Notes: generated from the sequence alone by a model not told the origin. 64,000 nucleotides of DNA from Camelus dromedarius (GCF_036321535.1 NC_087436.1:95358001-95422000), one strand, 5' to 3'. Shown: positions 23,870-37,760, numbered from the stretch's first letter. A program made the numbers and translations.

Positions 23870-25240
23870 TGTTCACGCACTCAACACAAATCCATTGAGC
23901 ATTTATCTTATTCCAGCCACTATTCTAAGGGCTGGCGACACAGAAATCAAACAAGGTATTGCTCTGCCAGAACTTACAATCTCCTGGCTTGGGCCAGGCA
24001 ATAAAATTAATATGTTAGTTAATACATCAAGTAGAGAGACATGCTAGGAAGAGAAATAAAGAGGGCAGGAGGTAGAGCGGGCAGTGTCTCTGAGCTAGTG
24101 CGGTTGGAGCAGAAGTGAGGAAGTGAGCCCTGAGGCCAACTGAGGCAGCAAGTCCAAGACAAAAGGGGTGTCCAAAGGGCGCAGGGTAAGTGGTGGGAGG
24201 TGAGGTCAGAGGGGATCTGGAGGCAGAGGCGGTGCAGACCATGTGGGGCTTGGTGGGTCACTGTCAGGACTTTAGATTTTACTCCGAAGGAGATGGGAAG
24301 CTTGTGGAGGGTTCTCAGTAGATGTGGGACAGGTTCACTCTGCTTTTAAAATGAATTGAAGAGGGCAACGATGGAAACATGAAAACAGGATACAGTAATC
24401 TAAGCAAGAGATGGTGGTAGCTTAGACTAAGGATTTACCAGATTCTAAATATTTTGAAGGAGTAAGTGGCAAGATTTTCTGATGAATGGCATGTGAGCTT
24501 GGAGAGAAAAAAACCAAAGATGAGTCAAGGTTTGGGGGCTGAGCAGCTGGAATACTAGAGCTGTCGTTTCCTAAGGTGGGAAAGGCTGGTGGAGGAGCAG
24601 GTTTGGAGATGGGGAGCCAGAAGCTGGTTTTGGAATTGTTAAGTCTATCAGATGCCTAGTAGAGAAGTCTAACAGACTGTTGGCTACTTGCGCCTGGAGT
24701 TCAGGGGAGAGGATGGGTTAGAGGTATACATCTGGGAGTGGGAAGCATGTAAAAAATTAAAGCAATGATGGGATAAGGTCACCTAGGGAGAGAGAGTACA
24801 GGTGGAACGGAAGGCAACCTGGGACTGAGCCTTGGCGCCTCCGGCATTAGTGGTTAGGGGTATGAGAAGAACCAGCCAAGGTGCTGACGAGGAACCAGAG
24901 AGGCAGGAAGACAGAGAGAGTAAAGGCTCAGGAAACAATGGGAGAAGCTATTTTAAAGAGGGTGTGTCCATACGGGTCAGATGCAGCTGAGAGATCAAGT
25001 GTGAAGAGGACTTGAAATTAGTCATGGGATTTGCAACATGGAAGTCCTTGGTGAGTTTCACGAAAAGCAGTTTTAGTGAAATTGTGGGGATGAAAACCTG
25101 ATTTGGAGTAGTTTCAAAATGGGGTGGAAAAAGAGTAAGTGGAGGTGGTAAAGATGTAGACAATTTTTTCAATTGTTTCAGTATTTATTAGAAGGGAAGC
25201 AGGAACAACAACAAAAAATTGAGGCAGTGGCAGGAGGGAG
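23870..25240 (-). mobile_element. Long LINE-2 fragment
   Basis: Typical antisense L2 text: 'ggactttagattttactccgaaggagatgggaag', 'gcctggagttcaggggagagg' and 'ggatttgcaacatggaagtccttggtgagtttcacgaaaagcagtttt'. Confidence 0.85.
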
Positions 25241-25244
25241 AGAA

Positions 25245-26680
25245 ACGTCAGCCCCTCACACGGCTCCAGGGCATGCCAGGAGCTGCTTTTCAAAGAGATT
25301 GTTCTCTTCTCAAGAAAGCAGCTCCAGGAGAACCCTGGGAGTCTAGCCCGTGACTCTCTTCTTGGGGCTTGCCAAAGGCTCTACCTATCTGTCACAGATA
25401 CCTCTAGCATTGTTGCATCTGCCAGGTCATATGAGCCAACAGCACCTTGCATGACAGCCTGGAGCTCTGCAGACCCCCTTCTTGCTCTGGGCCCCACTCC
25501 AAACTACGAATGTCTTACATCACAAAATACATAGGTTGGAGCGGTATTCCCTGTTATATATTATGTTTCTCCAAAACTCAAAGGGACTTACAGGCATCCA
25601 GTTTCCTTCTAGTAGGAGTAAGCCCAAAGTGTCATAACTTGTTCTTTATCTGACAGGGGATGTCCTGACATGCCTCGATCACTGAGCCCCTGAGAACTTC
25701 ACTAATGTGGGGGACATTGCTGGATCCTGTCTCAAGGAGACCCAGGTTTGGGGTCTGAGAACTAGCTCAGATCTGGAAATTGTGGGCAGATCAGCATTCT
25801 CCTTGATAGCTCTTGACTTTTTTTTCTTGTTGTACAAGTCATGCAATACCTTTGTTGGCTGGTCATGGATCCCGCTCCCAGGAACACCATGGTCCATTAG
25901 CCACCATCAAAACCTTTGTGGGTGGAGGCACTCTGCTTGTCCCGCTGGCCTTGTTGCCTGTTGCGGTTTGTGTCCATCTTGTCTCTGATGGTTAAGCCCT
26001 GATCTCTGGCCTCTGTTCCTCTGAAATCCCATCACTCCCACTGAGACGAGGGAGCCCAGTTCTACGGCAGAGTCACCTAGTCTCACCCTGGCCTATGGCG
26101 GACAGTCATCTCTAAGCTTCTCAGAGATGCTGTTGCCCCTCGCTGACGTATTCCTTATGGCCTGATGCGGGGAATGTCCTCCGAACCCTCCAAGGAAGCA
26201 CAAGTCTTACATAAATTTGTTCTAACATTTCTGATTCCCTGAGCATTCTAACCCCTTCCTCAATCTTCTGTCACGGTACTGTTCCCTCTCCCTGTAGTTT
26301 ACCATGAGGCATCACCATGTCCAAGCTTCAAGGAGCCTGAATTCAGAAACGTGCTAGTCCTAACTCTACGGGGGTTCCCAAGTCAACAACCCCTCCCTCA
26401 CCTTGTACTCTGCTCCACTCCTCCCTCTCCTGTTAATCATCCTTGAACTCACTCCCACATGTGACCCCCAGTTCATGCGGATACATCTTCGCCAAGTCCT
26501 GCAGCTCTTTCTGAGGATAAGACGTTTCCTTCTGGCTCAGGTGCTGTACTCCTCCACCTGGGCTACGTTGAGACCTAATCCCAGTTATTGGTCCAGAAGC
26601 AGTGAACGGAGGGAGGGCAGGGCTTGAGGAAGGCAGCATCGCTTTGCCAGAGTCACTGTCAGGAATCCAGTCTCACCCAG
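25245..26680 (-). mobile_element. Probable ERVL-MaLR internal (MLT-int-like) sequence
   Basis: Resembles antisense MLT internal sequence ('catccagtttccttctagtaggagtaagcccaaag', 'agacccaggtttggggtctgagaactagctca'). No flanking LTRs seen. Confidence 0.5.
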
Positions 26681-27899
26681 AATGGAGAAGAAAACAGAAG
26701 CGACGTTCAGGTAAATGTCAGTCAACTAATGGGATATTTTGGATGAAATAAGAGATGTCAAGGAATATTCCCCCTCAGGCTCTAGGCTCCTACCTGCAGG
26801 ACTGGGAAGAAGTTGGTGGCAGCAAAACGTGAACGAGGCTGGAAGAGACCATGGGGAGGAGGCTCAGTGTGCTCCATTTGGTGCGTTTTCATAGGGGCCT
26901 CGGAAGTTCCAGAACTCAGATTCTTGCAAGTGAAAACACATCATTCTTTCATTTGTTTATTCATTAATTCAACATTTATTGGGCATCTCGTATGGTAGTC
27001 AGTTACTCTGCTAGGTGCTTTGGTTCAAAGACAAACCTGTCTTTATTTTTCAGAAATTCAGAGCGTATGGGAAGCGGACAGAAATGTGACTTCCCGTTTA
27101 TCACCTTACACGTGCTAGAAGAGAGGAACCAACAGGGTGCTGTGGGAGTCCAGATGAAATAAGAAACACAATTGACTGGTGTGTGTGCACACAGAGGAGG
27201 AGTTAGTATCTTGTCTAGTTTCTTGTCTTGGCACACTGCCATTCCTCATTTCTAGAGCCACTTGACCACAATTGCTGGTCAGGGAGCATTTAAAGGATGC
27301 TGCTTGGGTAGCTCCGAGGACTATGAAGTCCACCTTCCTTACTGTTCTCCGCATCTATACATAATTTCTTAATCTGTTATTTGCGACCCATCTCCTCTGG
27401 TCTTCCAATTCCAGATTTTTAAATATCTTCTCTGTTTTTATACCTGTTGTACTCTCATAGATTGCTTGACACCTTCTTGCCTAAAAGTCCAAACTTTTGG
27501 GCAAATCCTACTTCCTTTTCGCTGTACTTGCCTTGGGAGAAGGGAAAAGTGTATTAACATGTGCATTAGTTAGTACCTTGATTTTTTAACTTCAGCTTTA
27601 TATCATTTCCATGTTATAAATGAGACCCAGGGAAGTTGATTCACACAGCTAGAAAATTTTAAAAAGCAGGATTTTGAATTTAGATCCAATATTCAGAGTG
27701 CTGACCCGTACCTTAGAGGCTCTCAGATGACCAAGCACTTCTAACGCATTCAGTTACAAAGCTTTTCTATTCAAAGTCTCACAAGAGCAGAGAAAAAGCA
27801 TCTTGTAACTTCATAATCTCTTCAAAGATTCTGTCCCCACTGTGTACCCTCAGAATCATAAGGCACTATATCTCTCCTTCAGGATGTAAAAGTATAAGC

Positions 27900-28640
27900 A
27901 TTTCTAGTGAATATAAACCTAGAAGTGGACTTCCTGGACTTTACAGAATGCATATATATATATATATATATATATATCCCGGCTGAGTAAATATCACAAG
28001 TAGTTTTTCAAAGTGATTGTGCCAGTTTACATTTCTACCAACAGTGTATGTGCTGATTATCCTCATCAACATTTGGTGTCATCAGTCATTTCAATTTTAG
28101 CCATTCTGGTGGGTTTGTAGTAGAATCTTACTGAGGTATCAATTGCATTTATCTGATCATTAATGAGGTTGAGCATTTGATTTAATAAGTACAATGTAAT
28201 AAGTATATAGATGGTTCCTGACTGATGATGGTTTGACTTAATGGTTTTTTGACTTTACAGTGGTGTGAAAATTGACAGTTATTTTCTTTCAGTACTTTGA
28301 AGCTGTTATTCAATTGTCTTTTGGCTTCCAATGTTGCTGTTGAGAAATTAGCTGTCAGTTTAATTATTGCTCCTTTGATGGCAATCTTTTTCCTCTGACT
28401 GCTTTTAAGATATTTTCTTTGTTTATGGTCTTTAGCAGTTTTACTTTAAAACTTTACCTAGGTTTTCCTTTGATTTCAGTTTTGGGTTTCTTAGATCTGT
28501 CAACTGATATATTTAGTTTTGGAAAAGTCTCCACTATTAATTCTTCAGGTCCTATTTCTGTTCCATTATCTCTGTGTTCACCCTCCAGAACTTCAGTTAA
28601 ACATGCGTAAAATTTTCCATCAATCTTTCATGACACTTCC
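27900..28640 (-). mobile_element. Old L1 fragments with a nested (TA)n (about 27952-27977) and a Tigger/MER47-like end (about 28205-28270)
   Basis: L1: 'ccagtttacatttctaccaacagtgtatg...ttttagccattctggtggg' and 'ttgctgttgagaaattagctgtcagtttaatt'. Tigger-like: 'agatggttcctgactgatgatggtttgactta'. Confidence 0.7.
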
Positions 28641-29111
28641 ATGGTCTGAGAGAAGACAAGTACAAAAACTGAAAGTAAGAATTTTGAAGGCTTTGTGGTA
28701 ACTGGCAGAGTAATTTTATGTCTCATGAACCTAATAAAAATTTGGGCTTGTGTTTGGTACGTCTATTTCTTATTTCATTGTTCTCCTACTATTAAGCAAA
28801 ACCAGTGCTTAAGAACAAAGAAAGCCATAGATCAGCTATAAAACCAAGCACAAAAACTCACAAAGAATAGCCATCTTGGGCCAATAAGTATGGGAACAAG
28901 TAGCTTTATCAGCTTTCCTAGACCCAAAGAATATGACTGTGTCAGAGTCCACACACTGAGGATCATGAATTGTAGAGAAAAGGTCGTGTATTGTTCCATT
29001 TCAATTTTTTTGAAGATAGGAACCACACTAAAACATACCACGCACATTTCCTTCTTTAACAATGTGTTGCACTTTAGGAAGTTTCGGCAGTTTAGAAAGT
29101 TGTTTTCTCCA

Positions 29112-29282
29112 GAGCGGTGCATCTCGACCTACTGTGCATCGGAATCCCCTGGGAGGCTCACTAAACACAGATTGCCGGACCCCAACTTCAGAGTTTCTGA
29201 TTCAGCAGTTTGCATTTTTAACAAATTCCCAGAGTGCTGTCAATGTTGTCCGTCTGGGCAGCACACTTTGAAGACCTCTTAC
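29112..29282. mobile_element. MER5A-like hAT-Charlie MITE
   Basis: 'gcatcggaatcccctgggagg...cagagtttctgattcagcag...ttgcatttttaacaaattccc...cacactttga'. Confidence 0.8.
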
Positions 29283-29329
29283 TTTGGAGCACCCTCGTCT
29301 CTGATACGTAAAGCACTGTGGCGCTAAGA

Positions 29330-29830
29330 ACTGGGAGTAGTAATACTTGGGCAGAATATGGAGTAAAGTGAAATCCGAATGCTTTACTGTGATATTTGAG
29401 TCCCCGCATGATGTGGACCCTGTCTGTCTCACCACGTCTTCTCACACTGTGTTTCTTGTTTTTGCATTGGCTTTCATTCTGTGCCTCGAAGACACCAAGC
29501 TCATTTCTGTCTCCAGGTGCTGTGCTTGCTGTCCCTCTGACTAGGGCTCTTCCCTCCCAGGTGATGACTTTCTCTGGGTCATCGCTGAAGGCCTAGCTCC
29601 ACATGTCACCTTTTCAGAGAGGTGTTTTCTATGTAAAGAAGTGGTTCTCCATCACATTGCCCACATTCCTGGTTTATTCTCTTCATGTTACTTAGCATGA
29701 TCTGAAATCACCTTTTTATTTGCGTGTTGGAAGATCCCACTATAGCAGACGCCTTGTCTTAGGTTCTTTGGCTATCTTCCAGCCTGGAATGGGCCTGACG
29801 TGTCGTAGGTGCTCGCTGGATACTGGTGGT
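29330..29830 (+). mobile_element. LINE-2 3' fragment
   Basis: 'cacatgtcaccttttcagagagg' and 'gcctgacgtgtcgtaggtgctc'. Confidence 0.7.
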
Positions 29831-31227
29831 TGGAAACACTGATGTTCGGCGTGGGTCTTTCACTTTATAACCTGTTTCTGAGGGGAAAGAAGGGCACTGA
29901 AAAAGGACCATGGTAACCTGAGGAGTATCAAATATGGTTCCTCCCCTGCCTGCCTTCCCACAGGTGCCAGGATTCTACCCGGCTTATAATGTGAAGAAGA
30001 GGGGTCTGTATTTTCCCCGCCCCTGAGGTGTCTTCTACACCCTTGGTTGCCTCATAAGAAGACAAGGTGGTGACTTGGACAATACTTTAACTGTCAGGGA
30101 TTCCAGGGAGTTGCTAAATGGGTCATTTTATCAAGCAGCCAGAACACTCCTAACTTGTATAAGTGATTCTCTGCAGGATGCCAGGCCTCTGCCAAGTTGT
30201 CCCCAGCTACAGGGAGGGAATAAGATCTGCTTCCCTACCTCTCTGTTGAGGGCCAGGTGGGCTCGCTCTGTCTGTGGTTGCCCCCCTCAGGGGCCTCCAG
30301 CTGTTTGGGATCCCAGGTTAGGAATGAACCTGAGCTATCCCACTGGAGAAGTCATGGGCCACAAAGATGAACAAAGAAGCAAACCTGCTCACTCGGATAT
30401 TTTAAAGTTGTAATTTTTTTCCTCTCAGTGGTTTTCTCATTAAAAATTAAGTGCCTGTGCCAGTGCTGGCTGCAGATAAGGCCTGGACATTCTCTTTACA
30501 GTTGCTGGTGGTCTGAGCTGACTCACCTCCATACCCGCACCGCCTCATGGCTCTGCCCCAGGCGCCTGGTCTTGGAAGGTTGGCATTCTTGTAGTAGTCT
30601 CAGGCTGCTGCCATGAGCCGTAGGCAAAAAACCACAGGGCTTTCTGTAGGGAATTTAAGAGTGAGCCTCGTGGGCTAGCCACTGGCTGTTATTGCTGTTT
30701 GCATGAGGTTGGGGGGAGGGTTTCCCCACATAAGGAGAATTGAAAGTCTTTCAACTTGAGGGTGTTCTGGATCCCTATAGCACGAGGGTTGAAAATATTT
30801 ACACAGACACATTTCTTATTTTAGCTGTCCTTTGGATAGGCAAGTAGAACATTCCAGCCACATTAACTTCTTTCACTTCTGTCCTTTCTCCACGTTAAAG
30901 CCAGTTACAGACACTGGTGCTTGATCAGTGACTTCGGTATTGCTTGTACTTCTTGTTGTGCCAGGAATGAACCGAAGATGGATTTGACAAGAAGCAGAGG
31001 TAGTGGATGGGAGGCTTTGGCAGCTCCTAGAGGATCTGCTTTGAGTTTTGTGAGGCCAGCTCATCCTCTTCTCGAGCTTCCCGTGATTGTGTGGGAGTTC
31101 ACACAATGTCTTGTTAAGCGCCTTCTCTATACCAGGCACTCCTCCCAATTAGGTGCTAAGGGTACCAAGACTAATAGGATTCTCTCCTTGCCTTCAAAGA
31201 CCTCAGAATCTTACTGGGAGAGAGACC

Positions 31228-31722
31228 TGTGGTGGTGACTTCAAGATGGCTGTAAGTTCTTTCCACTCCTTCCCTTGAATTTGAGCTTGTCCTGTCACTA
31301 ACTTTGACCAGTAGAGTATGGTGGAAGCAATGTCATGTAAATTCCAAGGTTGGGCCTTTAGAGATCTACAGATTTGGCTTTTGCCACTTAAAATGCTTCT
31401 TCTTGGAAGCCAGCCATAATGAAAGGAGCCTGTCTACCCCAAGACCACCATGCTGTGATGGTCTAGCCACGTGGAGCATGAGTGTGAGAGGAGCCCAGGG
31501 GCACTGCACATGTGAGTGGACCCTTCGTGGGCTATATTCAGTCTAGTGGCTCAACGAATACAGCTGAGTGAATGGCCTCGGCTGATGCCACATGGAGCAG
31601 AACCACCCAGCCAAGCTTTGCTGAAATTCTTGACCTATAGAATTGTGAATAATTAAATGGCTGTTATTTTAGCCCATTAAATTTTGGAGTCTGTTGTTAC
31701 ACAGCTCTAGATAATTAAAATG
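31228..31722 (+). mobile_element. MLT1-family MaLR solo LTR
   Basis: TG start, 'ccaagaccaccatgctgtga' and 'aaattcttgacctatagaattgtga...tttggagtctgttgttacacagctctagataat'. Confidence 0.8.
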
Positions 31723-32000
31723 TACATACATATATTCTTGATGGAGGTATGCATAGGATGTTAGAGGGGCACAGAAGAAGACACCTGAGCCAGCCTGGGT
31801 GATGAGAAGATGGTCATGGAATGCTTCCCAAAGGAGGCTCCTTGTGTAGAATCTTCTCTAAAGACCGAGATGTGAGTCAGGCTTGGGGAAGGGTAAAGAG
31901 TGTCTAGATCCAGGGGGTGATGAGCAGCATGGGAACACATGTGAAGGGACTTCAAGCAAGTGTAAGACAGGGAGTAATGGACAAGGTTGCCGAGGTGTTT

Positions 32001-32255
32001 ACCATCATCACCATCACCATCACCACCACCACCATCATCATCACGGTAATAGTAATAGATAACATTTCTTGAACCTTTACTCTGTGCCAGATACTGACCT
32101 AAGATTTTATGTATGTTAACTCATTTAATTCTCACAACAGCCCTCTATTATTATTCTCTTTTTACATCAGAAGAAAATGAGGCATAAAGAAATGAGTAAC
32201 TTGCTCAAGGGCACATGGCTGCCAAGTACAGAGTAGGGATTTGAACCCAGGCAAG
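32001..32255 (-). mobile_element. MIR SINE preceded by a (CAC/CAT)n repeat (32001-32043)
   Basis: 'aactcatttaattctcacaacagccct...gaagaaaatgaggcataaagaaatgagtaacttgctcaagggcaca...ggatttgaacccagg'. Confidence 0.85.
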
Positions 32256-33369
32256 ATCTTGGAGAACATTGTGTGCCTCCTTAAAGAACTTGGGACTTTT
32301 TCTGTAGATGATGTGGAGTGATCCAAAGATTTTAAGTAAGGAAGTGATATGATCACATTGGAAGATTCTGTGTGTAGTCTTTGGGATTTCCCTGGCTTTG
32401 GTTATTTTCTTTGCCTGTTAATCTGTTTCTCTATAGTGACTAGCAGTGAACTCTTCATAATGAGCAGGGCCTGTGAGCTTATCTTTGAAGGATACAAGGA
32501 AAGAGGGAGGTATGTGGGACATTTGCTACTCCACAGCTGGTCATGGGGTGGAGGGGAGGACAGAACGCCCAGGGAGAGAATGGGTGTGGTGGCCACCAAG
32601 AGAGAAAAGCACGCTGTGTCCGTGACCCCACAGCAGGACGAGAACAGCAGCATATGGGAGCCAGCCTGCTCTAAGGCCTTTTAGGCTGAGGCACCGATCC
32701 TCACATGGGCTGTGCAGACAATCTGCCTTTGTCTCTTTCCTCCTCCCCACAACCTTTCAGGTGATTGGCGTCAACATATTAAAAACAGCTCCTGGGTTCC
32801 CAGTAGCAATTAGCAAAGAAGAGAGCATTTCACATAAATTCAGAAATGCTCATCTGGCCATGGCTGTTGCTTTCTGGAGGAGCCCTCATGGGTGAGGCAT
32901 TGAGTAGCGTCTCCTGCTTTCTGTCCCTGCTCTGTTAACCAAGGCTGGCAGAGCTGACTCAGTAGAGTCTTAATCTGTATGCAGACTTGTCATGTTCTCA
33001 CTTCAATAGATTTTGTGCAAGGAAGGAAGAGACGGGGTGTATGAGAAGAAAGAGGTCTGGCTTAGGTTCTAGCAGGAGCTAGGAGACCAGCCCTCAGACT
33101 TGGGCTGGGTGACACTTGGTTTGTGCGATATGGACAAATGTCTGAAAGTCCCTAGATCCCAGGGTCCTCATCTGTAATATGAGGGTGTTGGGTGAAGAGT
33201 AATTTCACCACAAATAATAAAAATAACCATAGCTGATGTTTACTGAGCACGTCCTAAAAGCCTGACCCCATGTGAGGCATTTTGTACACCTTGTTTATTT
33301 AATCCTCACAATAACCCAAACTCCATGAAGCTCAGTGAAACCTTTCCTTATCATCCTATCTAAAACCCC

Positions 33370-33835
33370 ATGCATTAGTGATCTATTGCTGTGTAACAAA
33401 TGACTTCAAGTCTTAGTAGCTTAAAACCACAATAAAAATTATAGTCTCATAGTTTTCACGGGTCAGAATTCCAGAGCAGCTTGGCTGACTGATTATGGCT
33501 TGGAGTCATTTTTTATGAGTTTGCTGGGGCTGCAGTCATCACTTTCAACATGGTAGGTAGGCTGTTAGCAAGGTCAGCGATGGCTATTCAGACCATTCGA
33601 ACCATCTGAATGTTCTCACCACATGGCACCTGGTTTCCCCCCAAGTAAGGAATCCAAGAGAGAGCAAGGTAGGAACTGCAATGTCTTTATGATCAGTCCT
33701 CTGAAGCCACACACTGTTATCTCCACAGCATCCTTTTGGTTACCTCGATCAGCTCTATTCAGTGTGGTGAGGACAACACAAGGACAGGAACACCAGGAGG
33801 CGAGGATCGTCAGTGGCCACCTTTGAGGCTGGATC
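33370..33835 (-). mobile_element. MLT1-family LTR inserted in an L2 3' end
   Basis: 'tgcattagtgatctattgctgtgtaacaaatgac...cttagtagcttaaaaccac'. L2 text resumes at about 33840-34040. Confidence 0.75.
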
Positions 33836-34387
33836 TCACCTTCCCCCTAGATGTATGTTATATTACTGTGTATTACCTTTAATAGCACTTATCTGAAATT
33901 ACATTATTTGTTTACTGGAGACCCATTTCCTCCTCACTGGAACATAAGCTTCCCGAGAGCAGGGGCTTTTTATCATTTTTTATTGCTGTATCCTGAGCAC
34001 CTAGAACAAGGTCAGGTGCATAGTTGATGCTCAGTATTGAGCATGGGCACATGGGCTAGTGATGATCACTATGCCAGTCTCAGATGCAGAAACAGACGCT
34101 CAAAGAAGTTAAATAATTTGCCTGGAGTCACATAGATAGTGAGTGGAGCTGGGATATGAACTTATGCATAGGGACTGATACTGACAGCCTACATGGATAG
34201 CATTTGATGAATAATGGAAGAATTATAACTGAACTGGATAATTCCAGTGTTGCCATTATGTAAAGTGGAATTATCTGTGGAAGTGGAGAGCAGGACAGCA
34301 TGTGGGAGGAGGGCTGGGGGAGTTCCTGGGTAACTGGGAAATGCTAGGCGTGTCTATATAAACTAATGTGTGTATATAGTTGAGATG

Positions 34388-34388
<1 letters not shown>

Positions 34389-34422
<34 letters not shown>

Positions 34423-34431
34423 TGTGTGTGT
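34389..34431. repeat. (TG)n microsatellite
   Basis: Directly visible. Confidence 0.97.
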
Positions 34432-35449
34432 GAGGGGGGTGGGGGGAAGAGAGAGGGGCTTTGTGGGTATGGTAACTGGTTCATTAAAGGGGAGATAATG
34501 TACTGGGAACAGCTGTTATGACACAGACCTACAGATAATTCTTTGACCTGAGTCTTATTTGCCTCAACATTCTTTGAAAAACTTGTCTCCAAGGAACACT
34601 CTTATTAAAATGACTAAGTAAATTTTCCTTTCAAAATCCCACCAGCAATTTAAGTCATCATTTGACTAGCAAGCATATTGCCAAATTACACATGGATTGC
34701 TAACTTGATTTTGTTTGTGGGAATTATCCACTTTCTGGATTATTTGTCAGAAAAAGAAAAGTATTGTGTGTTGGCCACCCACTCTCCATTCCCCTTCCCA
34801 GCCTCCTGAGGGAAGGGCCCTGTATTCATCAAATATACAATAGGGTCCTCTTAGAACAATGCCTCACCCACCCCCTCTCTTGGTCTGGGAGATGGAAATT
34901 TGGGGAGGAATGGAGGGAAATGAGTATAAAAGCCCCTCACTTACTCTCTCTTCTCTGGAGCATCCTGAATGCTGAGTTTGGGGCCAAGGGGTGTTATCTG
35001 TGTGGAGGGGTCTTGGGTCTTTGGTCTTTGGGTGAGACCCGGGTGACATTCAGGGGAAAGGCTACAGAAGGAGGTTGCTGAAGCTGGCTCTGATCTGGCC
35101 TTGAAGCAAAGAGAGTGTTGGTCCCTGAGTTTCTTCAAAGCCTAGCGCAGTTCACAAAAGCAGACAGCGAGTCTGTGCAGGAGGCCTGCTCAGGAAAAAC
35201 AAAAGAGTTTCCATTTAACTTGAAAGGACCCTCAGGAACCTGTGGGTGGCTGTGATTAGTTGGCCCCAAACCAAACCTGGCTGAAAGACTGAAATAAGCT
35301 TCCTCCTCAAATTAGTGAGTGTGTCTTCACTAACAGTATCTAGACGGACACTGAACAGCCATGTGTTAAGGAGAATGACTTTCTCCCTGCTTGGTTTATT
35401 CAAGGCAGAATCTAGAAGGGCCCCACCTTTCCTTTTCCATGACTCCCTT

Positions 35450-35660
35450 AGGAGGGGGCTGTAGCGCAGTGATTAGAGCAAAGGCCTTAGAGTTTGTTTC
35501 AGTTTGTGCCTTTGCCTCTGGCACTTACTGTGTGACCTTAGGCAAGTTACTTAACTTCTCTGTGCCTTCATTTTCTCAAATGTAAAATGGGGATAATTGT
35601 TCTTCATAGAGTAGCTGTGCAGATGAAATTGGGGTAACACAGGCAAAGCTCTTATAACTA
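35450..35660 (+). mobile_element. MIR SINE
   Basis: 'cacttactgtgtgaccttaggcaagttacttaacttctctgtgccttcattttctcaaatgtaaaatggggataat'. Confidence 0.9.
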
Positions 35661-35789
35661 TGTTGCGTTCAAGTATTCACTTAACAAACACATATCAAGC
35701 AATACATGTTGCTGTGTGGCAGGTGCAGGGGAATGGTGAAGAAGCCCTGGTTCTGGGCCCAGTGAGATTTATACTTCAGTATGTGTGGA

Positions 35790-36305
35790 GACTGGTAGGC
35801 AAAACAGTGTCCCACCCCACCCCCGCAAGATGTCCATGTTCTAATTCCTGGAACTGGTGAATATAGTAGGTTACATGACAAGGAAGAATTAAGGCGGCAG
35901 ATGGAAGTAAGGTTGCTAAAACACTGGCTTTCAAATAGGGAGATTATTCTGTATTACCCAGGTGGGCCCAACATAATAACAAGGGTCCTTAAAAGACAAA
36001 GAAGGAAGCAGAAGCGTGGGTGTCCTAGTGACGCCATGTGACAAGGACTTGACCTGCTGTTGCTGACTTTGACTACAGAAGGGGGACAAATGCCAGGGAA
36101 CGCAAGTGGCCTCCACCCGAGGTCAAAGGCAAGGAAATGAATTCTCCAAAAGGAACACAGCCCTGCCCATATGTCAATTTTAGCCCATTGAGGCCCATTT
36201 CAGACTTCTGACCTCCAGAACTCCAACATAAAACATTTGTGTTATTCAAGCCACCCAGTTTGTGGCAATTTGTTACAACAGCAATAGGAAACTCATATTA
36301 ATACA
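35790..36305 (+). mobile_element. MLT1C/D-like MaLR solo LTR
   Basis: 'agatgtccatgttctaattcctggaac', 'gggagattattctgtattacccaggtgggccc' and 'cagacttctgacctccagaac...ttgttacaacagcaataggaaact'. Confidence 0.85.
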
Positions 36306-36558
36306 GACAAGAAATAAGCCAACAAATGAATAATCATGTAATTTCCGGTAATGATAAATACTAGACAGAAAACAAGGCAGGTTAAAGGGATCGAGGATGA
36401 TGGAAGTGAGGGCTCTTTTAGATGGTTAGGGGAGATGACATTTGAGAAGAGGCTTGAATGCCATGGGTCTGCTTTCCAGGCAGAGGGCATAGAGCCTACA
36501 GAGGCCTTAAGGAGAACACAACACAGTGGCTTAAAATAATAACCACTAATTTAATTCT

Positions 36559-37760
36559 AAAAAAACCTTTTTTTTTTTAAATTAAAAAATTCGTTTGAAA
36601 ATTGAAGTATAGTTGTACAATATTATATAAGTTACAGATGTACAATATAGTGATTCACAATTTTTAAAGGTTTTATTTATAGTTACTATAAAATATTTAT
36701 TGTTATTGTAAAATATTTGCTGTATTCCCAGTGTTGTACTTATATCCTTGTAGCTTATTTTATACCTAATACATTTTACCTCTTAATCCCCTACCTCTAT
36801 ATTGCCTCTCCCTGATTCCCTTTCTCCATTGGTAACCACTAGTTTGTTCTCTATATCTGTGAGTCTGCTTCTTTTTTGTTATATTCACTGGTTTGTTGTA
36901 TTTTTTAGATTCTACACATAAGTGATATCATACAGTGTTTGTCTTTCTCTGTCTGACTTACTTCACTTAGCATAATGCCCTCTAATGCATTTTTCACAGA
37001 GCTAGAACAAATAATCTTAAAATGTGTATAGAAACACACAAGACTCTGAATAGCCAAAATAATCTGGAAAAGGAGAACAGAGCTGGAGTAATCACATGCC
37101 CTGATTTCAGACTATACTGCAAAGCTATAGTAATCAAAACAGTATGGTACCAGCACAAAAATGGACACATAGATCAATGGAACAGAATAGACAGCCCAGA
37201 AATAAACCTATGCACTTAACGTCAATTAATCTATGGCAAAGGACACAAGACTGTACAATACAGAAAAGACAGTCCTTCAATAAGTGGTTCTGGGAAAACT
37301 GGACAGCTACATGTAAAAGAATGAAATTAGAACATTCTCTAACACCATATACCAAAATAAACTCAAAATGGATTAAAGAGCTAAATGTAAGGCCAGATAC
37401 CATGAAACTCCTTGAGAAAAACATAGACATAGGCAGAACACTCTTTGACATAAATCGTAGCAATATTTTTTTGGATCCGTCTCCTAAAACAAAAGACATA
37501 AAAGCAAAAATAAACCAATGGGACCTAATTAAACTTAAAAGCTTTTGCACAACTAAGGAAACCATCGACAAAACAGAAAGACAACCTACTGAATGGGAGA
37601 AGATATTTGCAAGTGATATGACCGATAAGCAGTTAGTATCCAACATAAACAAACAACTCGATTAAAACAGGGCAGAAAAGAAGAGACATTTTTCCAAAGA
37701 GGAAATGCAGATGGCCAACAGATACTCAACATCACAAAACATCAAGGAAATGCAAATCAA
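36559..37760 (-). mobile_element. 5'-inverted (twin-primed) LINE-1 insertion
   Basis: Antisense 3' UTR and ORF2 end (about 36568-36984) joined to sense ORF2 (about 36985-37760). Perfect 18-bp TSD aaccactaatttaattct (36541-36558 and 37761-37778). Confidence 0.92.
36985..37760 (+). pseudogene. LINE-1 ORF2p C-terminal fragment, frameshifted
   Basis: ORFs 37022-37219 ([30 protein letters not shown]) and 37144-37665 (FNKWFWENWTATCKRMKLEHSLTPYTKINSKWIK...WDLIKLKSFCT...QPTEWEKIFA) are classic ORF2p motifs. Confidence 0.95.

Noticed and set aside
37134..37665. Long overlapping ORFs of 172 and 173 aa as a host gene
   Set aside because: The + frame is L1 ORF2p and the - frame is its antisense shadow. 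Both lie within a TSD-bounded L1.
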